From: Rhynchobatus australiae
Lineage: Eukaryota
Reading direction: 5' to 3'
Length of the DNA stretch: 61,512 nucleotides
Assembly (NCBI GenBank): GCA_034780895.1
Contig: JAUZTB010000066.1
Span: 5,280,375-5,341,886 of the forward strand
Both the position numbers and the translations under genes were made by a program. A model generated the notes under the pieces. That model was not told where the DNA came from and ran no database searches. It saw only the letters and a list, made by a program, of their open reading frames with translations. Of this stretch, positions 34,900 through 46,548 are shown one piece after another (position 1 is the stretch's first letter; the number at the start of each line of letters is the position of its first letter).

Positions 34900-37360
34900 A
34901 TATAATTAGCAGGAGTAAGCTATTTGGCCCTTTGAGCCTGCTCCTCCATTCATCAAGATTACGACTGATGTTCTACCTCAGTGCCATTTTCCTATACAGG
35001 CTGAAAATCTCTAGTCCAGAATTCTGTGGTCCAGCAACTCCCAAAGTCTGGCATGTTTTGCATTAGTACAGATCTATATTAATTAACTAATTCTAACTAG
35101 GATCTGCACTAACCTGCAGCTAAATAACCCACCAGTGCAATTTTTGCAGTCTTAGCTGACAGTGTTTCTGACTTGCTGTGTTACGGACAGTTCTTGGAAC
35201 TCTCACATGACCTGGAGAGAGATTATACTTAAAAATAGTTCTCCTGCTCAGATGATGATGATTAGGGGAAATATCTGTGGTCTGGAACCAGTCAAGTCTC
35301 AAAGATGCTGAACTAGTAAGTTTCAAATTGTACGATCCTCGACATTCAAGAATTCCGAAGATTTATTCTCTGATGAACAAAATTTCTCTTGTATCCCAAG
35401 TGACCAAACCTTTATTCTGACTCTCTCTTGGCTCCTCAGCCAGGGGAAACAACTTTGCATCCAGCCTGTTAAGAATTTTGCAAGTTTCAATTAAATCACA
35501 TCATTCATCTAAACAGGAAAATACATGCTGAGTTTACTCCATCTCTTCTCACACACCATCACAGGAACCAGTCTTCACTGCACTACTTTGTTTAGTTAAG
35601 CTACTCACTATCCCATCTTGTTTTTATAAGATCAGGAAGTTTGGTCCCCTCACCCAAATCACTGATTTCAATTGTGAATAGCACCAATCCTTGAAAAAGA
35701 ACTTTTGTTCTCTTCCATTCCCCACCCCAACAAATTCTTGGCTTTGTTTCTGATCAACTCTCAATCCACACCAGTTTAATGCCTGTAAGTGAAAGCCTTC
35801 TAAAAATCTAAATACACCATTTCCACTGGTTTCTTCCTTACCTATTCTACTAGTTACAGCCTCAAAGAACACCATTAGAGCAACCATGCATGATTTTTCT
35901 TTCATAAAACAATGTCAACTTTGTTTAAACATATTATTATTTCAAAGTGTTCTGTTATAACATTCTTGATCTTCCATACGATCAATGTTAGGCTAATAGA
36001 TTGGTGGTTCCCCATTGTCTTTCTCCCTCCTTTCTTAAATAGTGGGGTCATTTTTTGCTGCCCTCCAGTCTGCAGAAACCATTCCAGACTATACAGAATT
36101 TTCAAAAGACGATAATAATTCATCANNNNNNNNNNNNNNNNNNNNNNNCCAGCTCTTTCAAAGCCAGGTCCTTGGAACTTATTCACTTTCAGTATCACCA
36201 AATTTCTCTTTTTTAATAAAAACACTAATATTTATTTCTTTCAGTCCTCCAATCTCATTATACCCCTGGTTCTCCAATATTTCTGACAGGTCTTGTGTGT
36301 CTTCTTCCTTGAAGTTTGCTGTTCTAGCAACCTTATCAGCCTCTTTTGATTTGGCACTGTCTTCAATTCCTCCTGTCAGCCCCAGATGGGCACTTTTCTT
36401 GTTGGGTTTTTGTGTTTTAAACAAATAACGTAATTCTTTAAATGCTAGCCACTTCCCATCCCTTTAAATTTAGGTTTCCAATCAGCCACAACCAACTCAA
36501 CCCTTGCAACTTCAGTTTCTTTTGTTTATAAGATTCTAGTTTTGGCTCAAACTCAATGTAAAATTCTATTATATTACGGTAAATTTTCCCAATAAGATTA
36601 TTAACCCTTGCCCACTGCACAATACAAGATCTAAAATAGCCTTCCCACCTACCCCCCCCCCCCCCAAGTTGGTTCCTCANNNNNNNNNNNNNNNNNNNNN
36701 NNNNNNNNNNNNNNNNNNNNNNNNNNNNNNNNNNNNNNNNNNNNNNNNNNNNNNNNNNNNNNNNNNNNNNNNNNNNNNNGATCTAGAAACAACCTTGTAT
36801 ACATTCCATGAATTCTCCCTAATTTAACTTTACAGTTAACATGTTGATTAAAGTCCCCCATGATTACCATATTACCTCTGTTACACACACCTCTAGTTTT
36901 CTCATTTAAGTCAGGCTCAATATAATAATCACTGTTTGGAGGCACAGGTAACTGCTACCAATGTTTTCTGCCCTTTATTATTTCTTAGCTCCAAACCATT
37001 TCTAATACTACATAATGATCTGCTAAGGCAAACTCATTCCTCACCACTGCAATGATCTCATTTCTTATTAATAGTACTACCCCACCCCCTTCAAATTTGT
37101 TTGTCCTTTTAGATGTGGTCACATGCAGTCATGTTCCCATAATGACAATTAAAACATATCTATTTATTTCTACTTGTGCTATCAATTCATCTACCTTGTC
37201 AGTGCTCTGTATGTTTAGATATACTTTTGATTGTTTTTCCAAGCATTTTTCCATGTTTTAACTTCTTGCCTTTGTTTCCTTTGTCTATTTTGCCAACTTT
37301 ACTTCCTGCTTTGTTTCTCTCCTTCCTGAATTCCCACCAAGGTTTCATCTCCCTGCTAAG
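34900..37360 (-). mobile_element. Highly decayed CR1-like LINE
   Basis: ORF remnants VIMGDFN (36649, endonuclease), TPLFKKGGR...ISLT (35902) and FFEAVTSRI (35624). Confidence 0.8.
34997..35330. mobile_element. Old Tc1/mariner-pogo-type MITE, nested in a CR1 tail
   Basis: TA on both sides; imperfect TIRs caggctgaaaatctctagtccag versus revcomp caatttgaaacttactagttcag. Confidence 0.45.
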
Positions 37361-37889
37361 TTAGTTTAAATATTTGTTTCATCCTCCTATTTCTGTATTT
37401 GTAGGCATGTGGCACTACGAGAAATTCTGAGATGATTACCTTTGTGATCCTGCTTTTTCATGCTTTTCCTAGCTCTCCAAAAAATCTCTTTCTGCTTATG
37501 TCAATTGATAACACTGCAGACAAGAGCATGTGTCTGTTCACCTTACCCATTCAGGATGCCCTGCAGCTATTCAGTTACTTGCTATCCCTGACCAGAGCAA
37601 CTGAGAGACAACATACCATCCTAGTGAAACATCTAGAGTCCCAGAAAAATTAAGGAAATTATTGAATTTCCTGCCACCATTAGCTCTCTTACTCTGCTCC
37701 CTTTCTGAGCAGCCACTCATGGCACCACACTCCCTGCTCTGGCTACAAAACCACCTCCACCCCCCAGACGACCATCACCCTCATTACTGTCCAGAAGAGA
37801 AAATCTGTTTCTGATTGAGAGTCACTCAGGGGATTTCTGCACAACATATAAACCCCTCCAAGCTGTTCCCCACCCCCGACAAATCTTCA

Positions 37890-38390
37890 ACATCATAGAG
37901 TCAGTTATACAGCACAAAAGCAGGACCTTCAGTCCAGCTCGTATGTGCCAACCAAGTTGCCTATTTGAGCTAGTCCCATTTGCCTGCATTTGTCCCATAT
38001 TCTTCTAAACCTTTCCAATCAATGTACTTGTCCAAATGACTTTTAAACATCATAATTATACCTACCACTTCCTCTGGCAGCTCATTCCGTATACGCACTA
38101 CCCTCTGTGTGGAAAAAGTTGCTCCACAGGCCCCCTTTAAATCTTTCCCCTCTCACCTTAAACGAGGTTCTTTAGTTTTAAACTCCCCTACTCTGGGGAG
38201 AAGGCTAACCTTATCTATGTCCCTCATGATGTCATAGGTCAACTCTAAACCTTGCTCACTTCAAAGAACACCCCCCCCCCACACACCAACCTATCCAGTC
38301 TTACTTATAACTCAAGCATCCAGTCCCAGTGACATCCTTGTGAATCATTTCTGCACCCTTTTCAACTTGATGACATCCTTCCTATAGCTA
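37890..38390 (-). mobile_element. CR1-like LINE 3' end
   Basis: 'ctaccacttcctctggcagctcattcc...accctctgtgtggaaaaagtt...aaatctttcccctctcacc' is a reverse CR1 WN.LP region plus tail. Confidence 0.75.
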
Positions 38391-38966
38391 AACAGTGTCT
38401 TAAGAATTGGTGCTAAGAATTAGTCACAGTAATCAAGCTGAGCTCTAATTAGTTTTATAAAAGTCAAGTTAATTAATTTGTTTTTGTGGTCCATTAAGTA
38501 TACTATAAATGAGTATATCTTGCCAGATATAAAAACTAGGGTGGACTTTTAAATAAGCAAAGTTTGTCAGTCGAGAACACTTATATCCCCCCCCCCCCAT
38601 GCAAATGCTCTTTATAGGAAATAATAAGTTCCAGGCAGCTAACAACAAAAGAAAGTGAGGGGTGTTGGCAAAATTTGAAGGGCACAGAAATCTCAGTGGT
38701 TTTGTAGGGACAGAGAAGGTTACAAAATAGTGAGGGGCGAGGCCATGGAAGGATACGGACACTTCACCATTCAGAAACATTAACGTAGTACCATTACTAC
38801 AATCCGTGTTTCTTATACTGAAGAACAACAGCCTTGACTGTGAATATCTCCAGATCTGACAACACACAATGGTATCAATCATTAACCGTAACGTAGCTTT
38901 TAAACTTAGAGCTGATACGCAAAGAACACATAAAGCGACAACCCTAACATCTTCTACCATACTTAC

Positions 38967-39030
38967 CTCAGACAAACCGAATTCACCAACATGACACGAA
39001 TAACAGCGGCGACAGTTTAAAATTAAAAAC
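38967..39030 (-). other. PRR11: Probable non-coding exon 1 of PRR11 (upper boundary/TSS approximate)
   Basis: Consensus donor GAG|GTAAGT (intron starts 38966) next to the CCAAT cluster. The first coding exon has an acceptor 2 nt before its ATG, so an upstream exon is required. Confidence 0.65.
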
Positions 39031-39440
39031 GCCCATACATCACCCAATAGGAGCATGCCTTTCATGAGCCACACGCAGGAACGACTCTCGACCAACCGCT
39101 TCGGGTTTCTTATCGTCGTCGACTTGATTCAGCAAATAGGGGAACAACAAGGTCCTGAGCCGGCTGCTCGTCGAGCCAATGCATAACAGCCTTTCTGGTC
39201 CAATAGTATGCGGTGCATGTTATGATTGTCCAATCAGGTGGCGGTATGCATGATTCTGTCATCCTATCGGTGAGTCTATTGCATATCACAGAAACCAAAA
39301 GGTAATCCAATCAGAAACAGAGTTTCTACCCTGTCCAATGAGAATACCGATCTTGTGCAGCAACTGTCCAATCAAAAGCCACGTTACATCTCACTTAAAA
39401 GGCCTTTATCGGTTCGCCTTCGGAATGTAAACTATTCAAT
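39010..39440. promoter_or_regulatory. PRR11/SKA2 bidirectional promoter with an NF-Y CCAAT array and a CDE/CHR-like element
   Basis: CCAAT at 39044, 39176, 39200, 39230, 39307, 39335 and 39368, all in the same orientation. The minus strand has GGGCG...TTTAAA at ~39016-39034. It lies between the divergent first exons. Confidence 0.85.
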
Positions 39441-39473
39441 ATGGAGACCGCGGTCAACAAGCTGGCAGCGATG
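39441..39473 (+). CDS. SKA2: SKA2 exon 1 (METAVNKLAAM)
   Basis: ATG at 39441 and donor ATG|gtaaga at 39474; resembles mammalian MEAEVDKLELM; in phase with exon 2. Confidence 0.9.
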
Positions 39474-39559
39474 GTAAGAGGGATTTTTTTAATTTCAAAA
39501 AAAAATTTGTTTAAATTTGGAGACCGGTTTCAATGGGAAGAAACACATTGCAATGGGGA

Positions 39560-40330
39560 GAGGAAGACCTCGCGGTCGCGGGGAAAAAACTTTAAAAAAT
39601 TTCTGCGCGCGCGCCACGGGTGTATTTTTTCGGCGAAAAGTTTAATTTGTTTGAAAGCTCGGTCCTGATTTGCATCCGGGTAATTGGCTGCGAAAATGGC
39701 GGGATTGCGATTCCTTACTTGTGGTCGCGGCAAATCCGACTTCTTTCCCCACCCGGGATCTCGAGGGTCGAGTTTTGCCGGGGGGGGGGGAGAGTTTATA
39801 AAATAAGAGCGATTCTGTGGTTAAACGCGTGGGAGGGCCGAGGCATTCCGGTGTCGTCGCGCCTGTTTTCATTCGTCTTGGGTGCCCCTCCCCTTTCTTT
39901 CCCTCTTCTATCCCCCCCTCCCCCCACGCGCGCGCACGGGAGGGCCGCCACCGCTCGAGCCCGCCGATTGACAGTTAGGACGACGTCGTGGCGCGCGCCT
40001 GCGCGCTCCGTCGCGCGGCGTTTAACCGCCACCCGGCGCTGCTGCTGCTGCTCGGCTGACAGCCGGCTGCCAGGTTGCGCGCGCAAACGCCATCCAGGTT
40101 GTTTAAAATTGATGATTCGGTCGACCTGTTCTCTCTCTTTTTTTCGTGGTGCGGTTTCTCCTCTTCGTTTTGTCAAGAAACTCCGCGTTGGTAATTTTGT
40201 GCACGAGTGACAAAACAAAAAATACAAAGGCGGCAATGAGCAACGGTATCTCTCATCAAATTGTTCCCGGCGGCAATTCTCTGCACCCCTCCCAATAGTA
40301 CGGGAAGCTTGTGTGCGCGCCCCCGATGGG
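39560..40330. promoter_or_regulatory. CpG island in SKA2 intron 1 with E2F-like sites
   Basis: Dense CpG in otherwise CpG-poor DNA; tcgcggggaaaa (~39576), gcgcgcgcgcca (~39605), ttttcggcgaaaa palindrome (~39628), TTTGAA (~39650), ATTGG (39683). Confidence 0.7.
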
Positions 40331-43300
40331 ATGGGACATTGTAGTGGTTGCATGGTTTAACCGCTTGTTTGCAGCATGTTTCAGTGGAAAAAGCCTCTTG
40401 CGAATTGTGCCCAGTGCTTCGCCGTTTTAAAATACTCATTTAGCAAGGTGCCGGGTTATGTGAGGTATTTGAGCTCCAGTCTTGTCTAGCTCAGTTTTGG
40501 ACAAATTAAATATTTTCTTGGCTTATTGTGCTCTTCAATTTAAGGAAACAAGATAATCTTCAAGTCTTTGGATGGACTGTTCCTGCCATGTAAGGGAGCG
40601 GCTTGAGTTTTTCATAATCTGTTTTAGATGTGTCATTAATATTTGCCTGAGTTATTTGAAATCCTTTATCCAGATAAAAATGTATTGCTGTGTTGCATGT
40701 CAAAAACACTCTCACTTTTGAGTTGGTCTTATCTTTGTATGCAGGAGCATTTCGTATGGACTGTTCAATAGCAGAGTAGGGTAGAGTTGAATCTGGAGTT
40801 TTAGGGGTTAATTTGGCAATCATTAATGAAATTAAGACCTTGGCTTTCAAGAGTTTAGTTTTTTTAAAAAATAACTGTCATCCTAGCATCTCTTACAAGA
40901 TCTAATGCAAATATTCTCTTTAGATGTACCGTGTGAAAGAGAGAGATCAATTCCCTGAAAAATTGTTTCTCTGAAGTTAGAGGGTATTTTGTTAACTTTT
41001 GTGTATTTTGATGTTTTTATTCATAATCTGTAACTTAATATGCTAAATACTCCTTTTTAAAAAAGTTTTTAAAAATCTTGCTGGCAGTAAGTGTATAGAA
41101 CAGTCTTGGCTGGCTGTGTTCAGCTGGGTTTTTTAAGGTGTGGGAGGAGTACTGCACGTGGGTGTGGATGTGTATTTTTTTGAATCCTCAGACGCTCTTG
41201 AACTCTAAGATTAACTCTACCATGTTCTTGTTGGATGAATTGATAAGTTTTTGTTCTTTTGCTTGAAGTAATATAAAACAAATAACCTGTCAACAAAGTT
41301 GGTATTTTTTAACCTATTTATTTGTAAACAAACCATTTCTGGAAGTATAGATCTTAATGTTGAAGTGCCACGTTCCTGTACATTATTTTTGGAGGATGAA
41401 TTTCAGAGGAAAATCTTTGATTGCATGTGATTGAGACATAACAGTGTTGATGTTGAAGTGATTTTGTCTTAACATTTTAAAAATCTGCATTCTTATTTAA
41501 TGAATTAAATAGATAGGAATAGTTGGGAGAACTAGCAATGATAATGGTTTGCTGTTACCATGGCAACCACATGAAAACCCACTTGCTTTATTTTAAACAT
41601 TGGAGAAAATCCTGTTTGAAAATGTCAGTGCCTAAAAGCAGGTTTTCCAATTTTATTTATTGACACATTGTAGTTTGATAGTGATATTCAGTGCCTTTTT
41701 AGGTAAAATCTACTGGTTAATTGATGTGTAGGGAGAGGCCTGGGATGTATTCATGCACAGCATGAATGAGCAGTTGATAGTCTGCGTCGCAGCTGCAGTT
41801 ACTTGAGGGGAGATTGCTTATTTCATGAAGTAAAAAGCAGATCAGACTGGGAAAATGTTGAAATAGTCTAAGAATCATTTTGAAGTTGGACTTGTTTATT
41901 GTTTAGAAATCTGNNNNNNNNNNNNNNNNNNNNNNNNNNNNNNNNNNNNNNNNNNNNNNNNNNNNNNNNNNNNNNNNNNNNNNNNNNNNNNNNNNNNNNN
42001 NNNNNNNNNNNNNAAATCTGCTTTGAGTTATTTCCCTAGATTTTAGATACTCTTTGCCAGTTTGTGTTAGTGAAAAGTTAACAATAAAACATTGATGTCT
42101 TTGGAAACAAATATAAATGGTCCTCCTGTATTGAAGTTTGTTTTCATTGCATTTGACTTTTGGTTTGATAAAAGGCATGAATAAGACATTAACATAGGAA
42201 TGAAGAATAGAACCTCTTTCCAATGTAGTTCAGTGACCCTTTTCATTCTATAGAACTCTGAAGACATTGGCTAAGATAGTGCCATGATTTGGCATGTTGT
42301 TGATTTTATTTCTCACATGAAACTGAGGAATATAAGTTCCAATCATTATGTTTGGTGGTAATTAAATTTTGCCATTGTGCATATGGAAGCCACCTTGTAC
42401 TCTGAATACAGATGTGCATATGCTTGCTGTCTTAAAGTACTACAATGTCTCTGTCAAGTTTGTTACCAAACAAAACTTTTCACCAAACTACGTGAAAGAG
42501 TTGTAAGGTTCTTTTTTTGGGGTGGGGGGTGGTGGTGGTGTGAAGCTGGCAGAGGGATTTGAAGGAATTTTAAAGTTTAGGGCTTTAGTAGCATAAGTCA
42601 TGGGAGTCAGAATGGAAGGATTTAAAATCTTAATGTTTACTAGGCCAGGATTGGAGTATATTACCTTAGTTATGGGGCTGGAAGATGACATTTGAAATAG
42701 GGAAGTANNNNNNTGTAGACAAATTAGGCAAAGATGAAACCTGTAAAATGAGGCTCTGCTGCACCAGATGATATTATGGGCCAGTAGATATGGGGCTGAT
42801 TGAAATTTGAGTATTTGATCAAGCTTTGGATGACCAGGTTACATTGTGGAAGACAGGAGGATGATTGAGTGTGTTGAAATGTTCCATTAGTAAAAGTTTC
42901 AGTAGCATATGTGTTGGGGTAGGGGCAGAGTCAGGTTATATTGTGGTGAGAATAAGATGCGTTTGTTTAAAGTTGGTATTCAAGAACTAAGTTGTCTTTC
43001 AGAATATCTTTCAAAGTATCCTGAGTTAAAAACAGAATGGAATAAATCCACAAATCATAAGAATCCAAAAAAACATATTTCTGGATGAAATTTCCTCTGC
43101 TCTCCAAATCATTCTATTAAACAATATGACACAAGAGTTTATGTGAGTGACATGAGTGTTTCATTCCAAAATCTTCATTTGACAGATCAATTTTAATCCA
43201 CAATCAGAATACACAGATGCTTGTGTTTTACTTTACATCAAAGCTCCATATTCAATATTTCTGACTAGGTGCCTACATATTTGTTCTAATCATGCTGGCA

Positions 43301-44384
43301 TGATTAATGGGTAAAACTGTTCAGGAATGAACTGAGCCATTGGTTGGATCTTCATGGAGTCATAGAATGGAAACAGGCCCTTTGGCCCACCCTTTCCATG
43401 TGATCATTGTGCCCACCAAGCTAGTCCCATTTGCCTGTGTTTGGCCCATATAATAAGATGAAAGGATCAGAGAAGCATAAATTGAGTATGATTGGGTAGG
43501 TTGATAATGTTTCTTTTAAACAAAGCACATGGGATCTTTTGTGAGAAGAGGTATAAATACTGTTTCCATTAGTTTGAGAATCGGGACAGATTTTAAAGCA
43601 ATTGACAAACAACCAAAAGTGAAAGGAAGAAAAACTTCAGGTGAGGGTAGCTATGATCTGAAATTCAGCACCTAAAATTATGGTGAGAGCAGTAGGTGGA
43701 GGAAAAGTGAAGCAGTGGGGCTAACTGCTTGTTTCTCTTTTTGTTTAAAATACCCTGGCATGGGCAGTCTGGGTTAAAAGACCCCTTTCTTTTGAAAATT
43801 TTCTCTTTGATATTTTTTTTTCAAACATTCATCTAGCTCTTGCTGTTGAGACTTGTGAATAATAACCTTGCATGAGAGACCCAATCCATGCAATGTCTAT
43901 GAAACCATACATCTGTTAGAAGTTGGTTCCTTTGGAAGGGAAATGTTTCCAATGACTGTATTTAAATAAGTGGGGGAGGGGAGGGAATCTTTTTGGTGTA
44001 CGTCTTGAAAGCAGTAGTAGTATTTTTGGTCTGCAGTGAACTTGGTGGCTTCAGTTGTCAATTTCTCTTCTGGGCAGTTTCTTTAGAGATTTAAAAAAAT
44101 CAAACCAATTTTCTCTGAATATTTTAAGTTTTCTCTTCTAACACGTGTAAGCTGTTAAACTGTTATTTCTGTTCTAGTGAACGCACCAATATGGTGAGTG
44201 TGAAGAGGATTACATTTGTTCTATTCTCTGGTGTCTTACTGGTGCCAGATAATAGCTTAATAGGTTTAATCTTTTTCTTAACCCACAGAGTGAAGATCAT
44301 ACCAAATTAAACTTCATTGATTTTCCAGTTTTCTTTGATGTCTGAGAATTTGCATCAATCATCGAACTCCATGCCCTTTGTCCG

Positions 44385-44467
44385 TTCGTCCAGTGCCCTT
44401 TTTATGTTGTACTACTAGTGATAACAGAAAGAAAGCAGTGCAATATTAAAAGGGCATTGGCCGGCGA
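44385..44467 (+). ncRNA. MIR130: miR-130 family pre-miRNA (miR-130c-like)
   Basis: 5p GCCCTTTTTATGTTGTACTACT (44395-44416) pairs with 3p CAGTGCAATATTAAAAGGGCAT (44436-44457); seed AGUGCAA. The paralogue suffix is uncertain. Confidence 0.93.
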
Positions 44468-46465
44468 CCAGATCAATGTGGCAATTAGGAACTGTAGATC
44501 TTTGCATCTTATTTTCTTCAATCTTTCCTTGGCTCCTACCACAAAAACTTTGGGAGTGGGTTTTTGTAAGTGAAAATCTATTTTTGGTAAGTTGGAGGTA
44601 ATATTTTAGGGAGGGGGGATATTGAGGGTCTAGTGCTAAAATGCAAAAGTATTGTTGCATTTTTGATATTTTAGCTTCAGACATGTATTTAAAGAAATTT
44701 GTTTGATTGAAGCTCTGGATTCAATGGACTTGTTCCCTGCAAGGATTTCCAATTTCTATCTGGATAATGAAGTGAAATTTTTGATATGATTTTAAAATTA
44801 CAAGATTTGGGACATAACTCTTTAATGAGAGTATTGCACTGGCTTGGGAGTATATTTCATGTGCACAGTATTCATAATTGTACATAAAGTGTCAAATTTA
44901 AAATTAAAAGCTGTTCTGATAAGCATATGACTCTTAGATTTGCACTTGTGTAATCAATATGAAATCACAAATGTACCCCAGGGGTTTGCTGTATAACCTT
45001 GATCTAAATTTGTGTGATCTTGATGCATGTAGAATGTACAATGGGACAGTCTGATTTAATTTTAGTTAAATTGCAATCATTGAATAAAGGGGCATACATG
45101 ATTGAACTTTAATGTTGGATCATGGAAAACCATGAGAAAATGTGGGAGTTTGAGGGGGCGGGGGGTAACACGAAATGAAGCTTGCAAGGGAGAATACTTA
45201 ACACCACCCCATTTTACATCTTTTGCTACAGCCATTTGACTGAAATCAATGCTCATTTTGCANNNNNNNNNNNNNNNNNNNNNNNATGTAGTATTATTCA
45301 TTTTCTACCCTTCCTATTAAAATTCCTTTTATGGACTCCAGTGTCCTTAATGTTAAGCTAAATGGCCATTGTTTACACATGCCCCATGTCAGCCATTGTT
45401 AGCTTGTTCACCCCAGGGAGGCTTGGCAATTAAGAATTGTCTTTTCCCAACAAATGTTCATGGATGCAAGGTTGCTCAGTGAGGGTCAGTGGTTCCAACC
45501 CAAGCCAAAATTTGAAATCATGGCTATGTACTGAGATTGGGGTAGTTACCTTGGGGTAAATTAGAAATCCAATCTGGAAGTGTTGCTTTGCACTGCATAA
45601 ATGCCACTGTACTATTTGAGGGAAGTAAGTAGCATTTCTTTAAACAATGTGCAATCCCCTGCTAAATTGGTTGCCCAATATTGGCAGTGTCAGTCCTTTT
45701 CATGATGTATCTATCATCTTTGGTAGTTGGAACATGTTTGTAACATTTGGCTGTTTTCTGGACATGAGATTATCAGCCAGAAGCTATATGTTCTCTATTA
45801 ACTTACTAGTGAAGTAGGCATGGACTTTTGCTTCATGTACCACACTTAATGAGCTGCTATAAGTAGCTGTTTTTAAGAATTCAGTTTTTCATGTAAATTC
45901 AGTTCATTAACTGTAGGGCAATAGGTTGTAAAGCCAATTTCTTCTTGAAGAAATAAAACTCAACTGTTTGAAATAAAGTATATAGTGCAAAAGGAATTGG
46001 GGTGCACTCTATTTTTAACACCAATAGGATGGCAAGTAGGTAGGAAATTTCTGCCAAACCCTTTTACAGTCAAGTTGGCAATTGCCATTGACAAACCCTG
46101 AGAAAAGTGTTCCAGTCTCATCTTTGTTTACCACCTGAGGGACAAATTTGTTGCATGGGAGAGTGGTACAGAATGTGGAAGCAGGTTTGAGAATTATTTA
46201 AATAGTTGGAAAGGGAGAATTCTAGCTGAGTGTAACTGTTAGTGCACTCATGATCAATGTTTTTAAACTAGTCAGTTTATTTTTAAACTTTGATCTGAGT
46301 GTGATTTTAAATAAAGTTTGTATTCTATATGCTTTAGAAGTGATTTAACCAATTATTGAAGGTTGTCCCTATATTTAAGAATTGGTTTAGTATTTCAAGT
46401 TTATTGAATGTTAATTCATTGGGTTTGGGGTTAATGAGAAGTTCTACAGAATGTTTCTGGATTTG

Positions 46466-46548
46466 CTGCTGACAGATGCTCTGACTTTATTGCACTACTG
46501 TGTTTCACAGCTAGCAGTGCAATAGTATTGTCAAAGCATCTGAAGGTA
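46466..46548 (+). ncRNA. MIR301A: pre-miR-301a
   Basis: 5p GCTCTGACTTTATTGCACTACT (46478-46499) and 3p CAGTGCAATAGTATTGTCAAAGC (46515-46537) match miR-301a as recalled; SKA2 intron 1 is the known host. Confidence 0.96.

Noticed and set aside
38469-40353. 208-, 196- and 185-aa ORFs around the promoter
   Set aside because: Non-ATG or weak starts, low-complexity products, and overlap with the promoter and CpG island where stop codons are rarer; no family signature.
45980-46012. tagtgcaa...tgcactct mini-hairpin as a fourth miR-130-family gene
   Set aside because: The stem is too short and the sequence after the seed does not resemble any family member.
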